Assembly (NCBI GenBank): GCA_016932355.1
Contig: JAFGDB010000030.1
Location: forward strand, 1-38,438
Reading direction: 5' to 3'
Source: Candidatus Iainarchaeum sp.
GTDB taxonomy: Archaea; Iainarchaeota; Iainarchaeia; Iainarchaeales; GCA-2688035
Length of the DNA: 38,438 nucleotides
Position numbers and translations under genes: made by a program. Every line of letters starts with the position of its first letter. The stretch's first letter is position 1. Of the stretch, positions 1 through 8,800 are shown piece by piece. The notes under the pieces were generated by a model. That model worked only from the letters and a program-made list of their open reading frames with translations. It was not told the DNA's origin and searched no databases.

Positions 1-38
1 GTAAAATATAAAACTTTCAATTGCAAAAAGCTGGTTGC

Positions 39-560
39 ATGGTTAACAAGCAGGTTGTTTTGGACACTATAAGGAAGATGTTTGATTCGGGCATTGACGA
101 TTCTGTTGTAAAGCAGACTTTGCTTGACATTGGCCTTAGCGAGGATGAGATTTCTGCTTTCATGGCTGAGGCAAAGGGCGTTGATTCAGGCGAGGAAGAG
201 CCTGAAGCAGAAGAGGATTATGAAGAGCCTGTTGAGAGGAAGGTTTCAAGGCAGATTGCTGACGAGCATGCTGCGCAGGAGGCAATGCATGCCACAACCC
301 ATGCTGCAATTGACGGCCATGGCGCAAGGCTTGATGCCCTTGGGGAGAAGATTGGCTCTGTTGAGGAAAAGCTCGGCAAGATTGACTCCCAAACCCTGAA
401 GCCGAGCAACAAGGACCTTGTTGATTTGCTTGCTGCAAGCAACCAGAGGCTTGCCTCCCTTGAAAGGCAGGTTTCAGATTTAAAGGCACTGAACATGGCC
501 TTGAAGAGCATCATGGAGAAAATCCTTGAAACTGACAGGAAAATTCTCGGAAAACTGTAA
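39..560 (+). CDS. Hypothetical cytoplasmic protein (173 aa): small N-terminal helical domain, acidic linker, C-terminal coiled coil
   Basis: ORF 21..560. ATG at 39 is preferred over TTG at 21 because TATAAAA lies at 7-13, about 26 nt upstream. Codon usage matches the other genes. Heptad-like C-terminus (LAASNQRLASLERQVSDLKALNMALKSIMEKIL). Confidence 0.8.
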   Translation: MVNKQVVLDTIRKMFDSGIDDSVVKQTLLDIGLSEDEISAFMAEAKGVDSGEEEPEAEEDYEEPVERKVSRQIADEHAAQEAMHATTHAAIDGHGARLDALGEKIGSVEEKLGKIDSQTLKPSNKDLVDLLAASNQRLASLERQVSDLKALNMALKSIMEKILETDRKILGKL

Positions 561-572
561 AACAGTTCCTGC

Positions 573-1019
573 TTACTTGAATATCTTTTTGAATGTTTCA
601 ATCAGCTTGTTGCCTGCTTCCCCAAGCCCTGCTTTTCTCTTGAACCTGTACTTGTCTGGAGCGTTTGCCTGCTGGCCTGCGAGGTCTGCTGCGTTTTCAA
701 TGCCCCGCCTGAGTATTGCAGGGTCAGGGTGGCTTCCCTCTGCCTTTCCCACATCTGCCTTGATTCCTGTTACAAGCACTTGGCCTGTTGCCTTTGCAAA
801 GCCCGCTGTCTTGTTTGCAGCCCTTGCAAGGAAGAGAAGCGCTGCCGCAATGAAGCAAATGCCTGAGGCCAGGGGCTGGTCAATGAGTATGAATAAAAGG
901 CATCCTGCAATCAGGATCGGGAAGAGCGCCCCTTCCAGCGTGCTTTTTTCCTCTGTCTCAGCTTTCTCTTTTGAGCCTTTTGTTTCAGGCTTTTCCACTT
1001 TTTTAACTTTTGGAATCAA
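573..1019 (-). CDS. Hypothetical membrane protein, 148 aa, two adjacent TM helices and a basic amphipathic C-terminus
   Basis: Hydrophobic segments ALFPILIAGCLLFILI and LASGICFIAAALLFLA. TTG start with a purine-rich GGAG/GGGG element upstream. Last gene of a co-oriented run. Confidence 0.75.
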   Translation of the reverse strand: MIPKVKKVEKPETKGSKEKAETEEKSTLEGALFPILIAGCLLFILIDQPLASGICFIAAALLFLARAANKTAGFAKATGQVLVTGIKADVGKAEGSHPDPAILRRGIENAADLAGQQANAPDKYRFKRKAGLGEAGNKLIETFKKIFK

Positions 1020-1046
1020 TTCAATGTCCCCTTGCTCCTGCTTCCC

Positions 1047-1376
1047 TCAGAGTCCGCCTGGAAGGCCGCCAAAGCCGCCTGCGTCAAGGCCGCCTCCATA
1101 TAGGTCCATTGGCATTGCCTCTGGCTGGCTTCCGCCGCCCCTGCCAATTATCAGTGAAAGGATTATAAGCCCAAAGAGCACAAAGGGCCAGTATTCCTTG
1201 AGGTATTCCCTTGCAAGGAATAGCACTGCTGTTGAAACAAGCAGCAGCACTGTTGTTCCCAGTGACCTCATTGTGAGGATCATCAGGGCAACTATTGCAA
1301 AAACAAGCCAGTTCTGGTTGAATTGTATTGCAAGCATCATGAGCAGAACTGCAACCATGTAGGTGAATGTGTCCAT
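1047..1376 (-). CDS. Small hydrophobic membrane protein, 109 aa, about 4 short TM segments, Gly-rich tail
   Basis: Nearly all hydrophobic up to residue ~78, then GRGGGSQPEAMPMDLYGGGLDAGGFGGLPGGL. ATG start preceded by GGGG. Confidence 0.8.
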   Translation of the reverse strand: MDTFTYMVAVLLMMLAIQFNQNWLVFAIVALMILTMRSLGTTVLLLVSTAVLFLAREYLKEYWPFVLFGLIILSLIIGRGGGSQPEAMPMDLYGGGLDAGGFGGLPGGL

Positions 1377-1488
1377 TCAAAATGCCCCTTTTTTGTTCGG
1401 ATTTTTGTGAATTGCAGTTATTGGCTGCAGGCCATTTTTATTTGAATTCCGCAGAGTTTCAGAAACGCGCTTTTCCATTAAAATTTCC

Positions 1489-1749
1489 TCACTTTTTGAA
1501 TATGTCTGCCTTTTCAAAGAAGCCCTTGCCAAACGTGGCAAAAATGAATATTATTACAGGAATCCATACAAGCTCTGGGTGCTGGAAGAATGTAAGGTAT
1601 ACTACAATCACTGCAAACAGTATTGCAAGCTTTGCAGAGCCCATTGCCTTCTTTGCCCATCCAAATACCCATACAAGGTAGAACAGGGCAAGTACTGTCC
1701 AAAGGTCAGTGACCAAAGTTGCTTCATTCAATTGCAGCAGTGTCAGCAC
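1489..1749 (-). CDS. Small membrane protein, 86 aa, about 3 TM; paralog of 1856-2194 and 2194-2583
   Basis: GTG start with GAGGGTGA RBS 7 nt upstream. Motif VFGWAKKAMGSAKLAILFAVIVVYL aligns without gaps to its neighbours. Confidence 0.8.
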   Translation of the reverse strand: MLTLLQLNEATLVTDLWTVLALFYLVWVFGWAKKAMGSAKLAILFAVIVVYLTFFQHPELVWIPVIIFIFATFGKGFFEKADIFKK

Positions 1750-1855
1750 TTTTTTTCACCCTCTTTCCATGTTTTTTTGCAGTGCCTTTATTTTTCCTGC
1801 ATCTCCAAAAGACTTATGGGTTTAGGTATTATTAAAACCTTCTCCCAATGATTTT

Positions 1856-2194
1856 TCAGCCCTTCCTGAGGTTCATTCCAACGCCCCAGATTACTACTGA
1901 GGTTATTGCAAACGTCATTATGAAGTAAAAGAACACATACATTGATGCTGTGAAGTATGCCCATTTTATGACAAGGAAGTATATGAGGACGCCGCTTATT
2001 ATCAGTGAAAGAAGGCCGCCTCCCATATAGCCCCTCACTGTTGTAAAAATGAGGAATACTAGGATTATCCTGATGATTATGTCCGCTGCTGGAAAAACCA
2101 TCATTACAAGCGGGGGGATGAGCGCAAGCACTAAGAATGCGAGGAATATGAACAGAATCATGTTTCCCGCTTCATTGATTGAATGCACGGCCAT
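1856..2194 (-). CDS. Small membrane protein, 112 aa, about 4 TM
   Basis: Highly hydrophobic ORF. Its ATG overlaps the upstream stop by 1 nt (TAATG at 2196-2192), typical of translational coupling. Confidence 0.85.
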   Translation of the reverse strand: MAVHSINEAGNMILFIFLAFLVLALIPPLVMMVFPAADIIIRIILVFLIFTTVRGYMGGGLLSLIISGVLIYFLVIKWAYFTASMYVFFYFIMTFAITSVVIWGVGMNLRKG

Positions 2195-2583
2195 TACCTC
2201 ATCATCCTCCTTGGGCCGCCCCTTGCCTGTGCCATCATTGCACCCCTTTTCTGCTTTAGGTCAATGCCGTGGCTGATTGGGGTTTGCTCCTGCGGGCCAC
2301 CCATTCCTCCCACGAAGAAGAAGTCAATGAGTATGCCTGAAACGCCGAACAGCAGCAGCATCATTAAAACGTAAACGCTGCCAAAAAACCAGAACGCGCC
2401 AAAAAGCACAAACCAGCTTATTCCCACAATCAGTATTATTGCAAGTGGCCCCTTGCCCAAATGCATTACTATAAAGCTGATGATTGTAAGCAGAACAAAT
2501 ATCTTTAGGACAAAAACCATGTCCCCAAAAAACTCCGTTATGGAGAACAGCACAAAAAGTGCCGGCAGCATTGCTTCAATCAT
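2194..2583 (-). CDS. Small membrane protein, 129 aa, about 4 TM, basic C-terminal tail
   Basis: Hydrophobic ORF with ATG start and TTTAAA TATA-like box about 31 nt upstream (2614-2619). Ungapped similarity to the 112-aa neighbour. Confidence 0.85.
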   Translation of the reverse strand: MIEAMLPALFVLFSITEFFGDMVFVLKIFVLLTIISFIVMHLGKGPLAIILIVGISWFVLFGAFWFFGSVYVLMMLLLFGVSGILIDFFFVGGMGGPQEQTPISHGIDLKQKRGAMMAQARGGPRRMMR

Positions 2584-2699
2584 TGGAATCCAATAACTAA
2601 ATAATTGTTCTGATTTAAATTAATTTGCTTTAAGGAATGCCCCAAGTTAATTATTTTTTTTGCCTAAATTAAGTCAATTTTAACTGCAGGCCAGGGCCT

Positions 2700-2833
2700 G
2701 CTTTAGCTGCCGTATCCAATGCAGCTTTGGTCACGCGGCAAATTCCGCGTGTGAATTAAGCCCATTCAGCTTGGGCTGAACGGACTGTGCTCGCTGTTGC
2801 TGGCTTTAGCTGCCGTATCCAATGCAGCTTTGG
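2700..2833. repeat. Perfect 31-bp direct repeat (2700-2730 and 2803-2833) duplicating the 3' end of G1; 72-bp hairpin-rich spacer
   Basis: GCTTTAGCTGCCGTATCCAATGCAGCTTTGG read at both positions. Hairpins CACGCGG/CCGCGTG (2732-2751) and TTCAGC/GCTGAA (2765-2780) lie between the copies, and GCAGGC/GCCTGC (2686-2701) flanks them. Confidence 0.95.
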
Positions 2834-5800
2834 CCTGCGGTCAGGCCCTGTTCAAGCTGTTCAATGCTTGTGTATGGCCCTGCTGTTTCATAGAGCTTTT
2901 GCGGGTTCCACCAGAATGCTGTCCTTGTGCCAGAATTTGTAACGCACACATGGCCTGTTTCCACCAGGTCAAACACGTCCTGCAGTGATTCAGCCTTGTT
3001 TACTGAATCCCTGCTGTTGTGCAGCATTCCTGTTATTCCTGAAAGCTCAACTGTTTTTGCTATGTTGCTGTTTGGCGTGATAAACATCATGCCTGCCGGC
3101 TCCAGTGATTTCATGCTGTATATGCCTGCTGTTGGCGTGAAGAAAACAGTTTTCAGGTATGCTGTTCCCTTATAGTCTGCCTTTGGCCAGTCAACTGCGT
3201 ATGCAAACTCCCAGTTCTGCAGCCTGTCAGTGCCTGTTGCCTCCCTGTCTGGCTTGAAGTCAAATGCCTCAAATGCGGGAATTCCTGTAAAGTCAAGGCA
3301 CTGCCCTGCTCCTGTCCAGAAACCGAGGGTTGTTCCAGCCTCCACAGGCGCCAAAGTTTCCTGCAGCTGGTAGAATGCGGAGAATGGCTCATCTGTCTGG
3401 CTTGCGGGCATTTTCAGTACAAGAGGCGTTGCATAATTTGGGCTGAAAACCAGCTTTTTTCCGCTGCTGCCTGTTTCTGTGAAGTCCATTAAAAAGCCCC
3501 TGCTTGAAGCGCTTGTGTTTATCTTCTTCAAATCTGTTACAATGTCTGTTTCCAGGCTGGCTGCTGTAGTGCTTCCGCTTATCCTCCCTGTATTAATGCT
3601 TTCTCCCGGGTAAAAGCTTATCAGTATGTCCTCTTTCCTGTTCTCAAAGTTCAGGCCATAGCCAATCCTGCCGTTGAAGCTTTCCTTTCCAATATTTCCA
3701 TTGAATGGCAGGCTGTAAAATATTGAGTCAGGGTATGGGTTTTCAGCAAGGTATAGGTCCACAACTGTTTCAGAGTCAGGCAGGTCTGCATAGAAGAAAC
3801 GCCAGTCCTCGTTGTGGAAGTTTATTGCAAGCGTTGCATCATAGAGCCCTGCTGAGGAAAGGGTGTTCTGCCCGGAATACCTTGTCCTGAACCTCAAGGA
3901 ATCTGTGTCCTCAAACAGGTTTGCAAGCCTTTCGCTTCCGCTAATGAACCATTCAGGCGGGTCATAGAATGCACTGGTTGTGTAGAATTCCGCAAAGTCG
4001 CTCTGGAAGTCATTGGTGTAGCCGTCCTTCATGAGGTATGCCTTGAAGTGCAGAATTTCCTGCAGTGAGTCAAGGTCTGGAATTTCCTCTGTCCATGCAA
4101 TGCTTTCAAGGTTTGCTTCAACGTAGTATAGGAGTGCAGGCTTGTTGTCGTAAAGGACTGTTGACCTTGGAAGCCAGCAGCTTGCAATGTCTATTGGGGC
4201 AAAGCCCTGCAGGCCAAGCTCGTCAAGCGTTTCATTGAATTCTGCGCCGAGCTCTTCAAGGTTCTCTATTGCGGGGTTTTGCGGGCAGGGCAATGGCATA
4301 TTTTCCCTTAGGAATTCGTCCAGGGCATGCAGCCTTTTGTTGACCATTATGCTGAACTGGGTTGCATCGCAGTAAACTGCCTCATCATTCATGTAATCGC
4401 ATTCATTTATCCCAATGCCTCCGTTTTCTGCCCAGCTCCAGTTGAGCTTTACTTTTGGCAGGGCATCGTGGCCTGTCCTGCCCACAAGCGTTCCCATAAG
4501 GCATGACTCTTCATCTGGCACTGGCGGTATTTCAAGCACAATTTCCTTTGTGTTGAATTTCAGGTGTATTTTCTGCGAGTATGTTTCTGCCCTAAGGTCT
4601 GGCACCTTAAAAGGGCCAAATCCTGAGTTTCCCCTGCTTATCGTTGTGGGGTTTGAATGGTAGTGCCTTGTGCTTGGAATTCTGACTGTTGCGTAAACAG
4701 GCTTTCCTGGCTCAATTGCAGTGTTTGTGAATTTAATGCCTGCCTCCTGCTTGTCATATGTTCCGAAGACCTGTGCATCCTCTGTTTCCCAGGCTGCTGA
4801 AATCCCCTGCTTGTCAACTGTCAGGGGCTGGCTGTCCTCCTTGAGGTTAATTGCATAATCCATTAGCGTGGCGGTAACCCTCTGGTCGCATGGGTCTTCC
4901 CCGAATATGCCGCCGAGCAGGCCGCCTGCAATTGCTCCCAATGCTGCATACGTTCCAAGAATTCCGAAGAACTTGCCTTTGCTAAAGCCTGCTGCCTGGC
5001 CTGTTGCAGCCATTGTGCTGCCCAAACTGCCCATTGATGTTTTTGCTGTTCCCAGGGATGTTCTTGCATCTGCAAGGCCGTTAACTGCAGTGCCTGCTGC
5101 TCCCTGGGCGTCTGTAATTTTTACTCCTGATGCCTCTGCTGCCTGGATTGCGGTTGCAACGCTTGTCTGTGCCTTTGTTATTGCGGCAGATGCTGAATCC
5201 ACCTGCGGGGCGCAGCTTTCACCCTCCGCTGAACAGCACCCGTGTGCAGCACCCAGCTCCAACTCTGATGATTCCAGGCTGCTTTGCACTGTTGCCAGGC
5301 CTGCTGCCATTCCCTGGTTTTCTGCAAGGCTTTCACCCCAGCCTGTGTAGCTTTCGCCCAGGTCAGATGCTGATGTGTCAACCTCGCCAATTGCATTGTC
5401 AATGTCCTTGGTTGAATTGTAAGGGCCTGTGCTTACTGCAGTGGTTTCATTTGGCGAGGCTGTGTTCCTGCCTGTTATTGCATGCCCAAGGCCTGAGGCA
5501 ATCCTGCCAACGCCCCTTCCAATGCTTGCTATTGCCCTTCCTATTTTTGTCCAGAAAGTGCCGTTTGCCGTTGCCTCTATGTTTCCCATTTCGGTGTTTG
5601 CTGCTGCAACTGCTGCCTGTACGCCTGCCCCACACCCCCCTATTGCATTGGAGGCAGTAAGTGCTGCTTTTGTGTCAACTGAGGCTGCTTTTATTGCAAC
5701 ATTCCTTGTCTGGTCTGCTGCGAGCTGTGCTGCATCACCTGCAGTGCTTGCGCCTTGGACAAGGCCGTTTGCCCTTTGCACGCTGTCTACTGCGCCAGTC

Positions 5801-8800
5801 ATGTCAGCTGCCCTTGCAGCATTTATTGCCTGGGTTGTTTGGCTTGCGTGCTCTATTGCTGTCTTTGCCCCCAATAGTGCGGCTATTGCTGCTCCCACGC
5901 CTGCGCCTGCCAGGTCAAACATGCCTTCTTCCTCTGCTGTGCCCCAGTCGCATGCTGATGCATCAACTGAAACTGTTTCAGACAATGCGCTGTTTGTTAG
6001 CTTTGCCTCGTCGCTTGCCCCAATTCCCTTGATGTTTATCTCGTACTTGTCAAGGCTGAAGTCATTGCCTGTTTCAGGGTGCATCAATATGTCAAGGGTT
6101 TGCACCTCCCTGAAGGATGTTCCTGGAACCTTTGCTTCAACGTTTATGCCGTACATTCCAGGAATGCTCTGCCTCCTTACAAGCACTTCCCTTTCAGGGC
6201 TGTCCTTGTTCAGGGTAAAGCTTAGCGGCGTTACTGTGATGCCACCCTCTGCCCCGCCAGAGCAGTTTGGGTTTTGCCTGCACAGTTCAACCATTACATC
6301 TGTTTTCCCACAGTCGCTTGCGTCAACTGTGAATGTTGCGTCCTCCTGGCCTGCGCTTAATTCAACTATGTTCTCTGCGCCAATGTATTTTATGCACTGT
6401 TGCAGGTTAATTATTTTGATGTCTGCGCTTATCTTGCTAGGGCTTGCGCCTACAAATGCCATTCCAGAGCCTGTTGCTATCTCGCCGTCTATTTCCACTG
6501 TGAATTTTGCTGTCTCGCCCAGATGGCCCTGCTTTGGCGTGAGTGTTAGCATTGCATAGTATGTTGAGTCTGCCTGGGCTGTTTTGAACAGCCTTGTCCA
6601 CATTCCAGGTCTTAAAACCTCGCTGTTGCTGCTGCCTGTTTCCGCCTCAATCAATGTGAGCTCAACTGTTCCAAGGGCGTCAGACTGCCATTCAAGCTTT
6701 GCCTGCAGGCTGTCAAGCTCTACAAAGCTGCTTCCTGAAACGCAGTTGTTCTGCACTTCAAATTCTGTTGTTGCCGTGTTTTCAACTGTTGACCCTTCCC
6801 AGTTCTGCTTTGTGATGATTAAGCACGGCGAGTTGTCAGGCAGCTCGCCAATTACTGCCTTGACCTGCAGCGGAACTATCATGTCCCATAAAATGCTTCT
6901 TTCCTGGTTTGTTGCTGTTACAAGGTAATGGCCGTTTACTGTCTGGTTTGTAAAAAGGATTTCCCTTGCGTTTGCGCTGAGCTTTGTCTTGAACATTTCC
7001 CTTGCAATTGCGTTGCCTGGCCTTATTCCAATTCCAATGTGCTGCCTTGAATAGTTCTCCATTGTTGCCTGGTCAAGCAGCCCCTTAAAAGTTCCTGCCA
7101 GTGAAATGTTTTTTATTTCAAGGCCGATTCCTGTAACGTTTTCCACTTCAACTGAAAATGTCTGCTCTTTTGTGCCGCGTGTGTCAAGCACTGAATTTAT
7201 TTTGTTGGGGCTGAACCTCAAAACATTGGTGTCAACAAATACTGTTACTGGCGCAGCGTAGTATTCCGGTTTTTCTGCCTCTATAAGTATTTCGGTGTTT
7301 GGCTCCAGTTCCCCCAAATCAAATGTTGCCCTTCCAGGGCAGCATGTCATTTTTGTGTAGAATTCTGTTGGCCTGTCTGGGTGCGTTATTGTTGCCCTTA
7401 CAAGCGCATCCCTTACCCCAAGCCTTTGGCTTCCAACCTGCTCATCAACTGTAACCTGCAGCTCGTTTGCTATGTATGCTGCTATCACTTCCGGCTGGAC
7501 AGAGATCTGCATCTCCCTTTCGCTTTTCACCCAGGCGGTTATTGTTTTTGTGAAAACAGTCCTTGCATCAGCTATTACCTTTATTTCAATTGAGGCATTT
7601 CCCTGCTTGCTTGGCGTGAACTCAATTTCGCTGCTAATGCTCTTGCCCTTTGTAAAGCTCCCCAAGTCAATTGCCTCAATTTCTTTTGTGGAAACGCTTT
7701 CTGCTGTTATTTCCTGGGCTGAGGCATTTGTTATCTTGTAGCTGGTTATGGTTGAGCCAACCACCGTTATGTATAATTCACTGCTGTCGTACTGCCTTTC
7801 GCTGTTGTTTAGTATGTCAAATGTAAGTGTGTGGCTTGAGCCTGCCCTCATCTCATAAGGCTCATATATGTATAGGCCCATGTCCCCATCAATTATGCTT
7901 TCCCCGCTGTAGCAGAAGTCCTCCTGGCATTCGGATTCTGCGCCCTCCAAAAACTGCAGGTCAAATGTTTTTGCATAGAGTTCCTGCTTTTCCGCTGTTG
8001 ATTCAGCTATTCCAAGCTGCGAATCATACGGCGCCCTGATATAATCTCCTGCCTCATCAACAGCCCACGCCCTGTAGTGCATTGGCAGCCTTGTGTAGGG
8101 TGCTATCTGGCTCTTTACCCTTATCTCAAACCCAAAATAATAATTTCCTGTTTCCAGGCCTGCCCATTCCACGCTTGCCCATTTTGCATCACCTGCTGTC
8201 AAATTCTCTGAATCAGTCTCATAGCCTAAAGGCGCAGTAAAAGATGTCCCTTTCTGCACTGCCCTTACATTGCCTGCAATAACATCCTTTATCACAAGCG
8301 CATCGTTTACAAGCAGCCTTTCATCTCCCACCCTGTAGTGGAAGCCGCCCTGGCCAAAATTGCCTGCTTCAGGAACGCTCAGCTTGAATTTAACCAAATA
8401 CCTGCTGCCTGCCCTCAGCACCTGCACCTGCTTTCCTGCCAGGTCATATAGGCCTTCAAACTGTATTTGGGGCTCGCCCATGATAAGCCTTGGCTCCATC
8501 ACTGCCCTGAATTCAATTGGCTGAGAGGGCCAGAGCTGCTTTGGCATTGTATGCACTGCCATGTAATTTTCATGCCTTACAACAGCGTAAACCCTCTTAT
8601 CTGCCTTGAGCTCGTACTGCCCTGTTCCCTGGGGCAATGGAATTTTTCCCAGGCTTTCGCCTCCCTCTCCAAAAAACTCTGCCTCTGCCTCGTTCACTGG
8701 CCGCTTGTCCTCATCAAGCGCTGTTACCCTCACAAGGCTTTTTCCAATGAACAGGTTTACTGTAAAGTATGTTGCCTCCCTTATGTCAATTTCCTTGCCC

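Noticed and set aside
526..1362. 278-aa plus-strand ORF
   Set aside because: Antisense shadow of two minus-strand membrane-protein genes, with Ser/Pro-rich composition typical of a reverse frame.
2700..2833. CRISPR mini-array or DGR VR/TR pair
   Set aside because: Only two copies with a 72-bp spacer, one copy is coding sequence, and there are no cas genes. The copies are identical with no adenine-specific mismatches, and no reverse transcriptase is in the window.
5429..6559. 376-aa plus-strand ORF and the many other plus-strand ORFs inside G1-G4
   Set aside because: Antisense shadows explained by codon bias of the giant genes, with no recognisable motifs.
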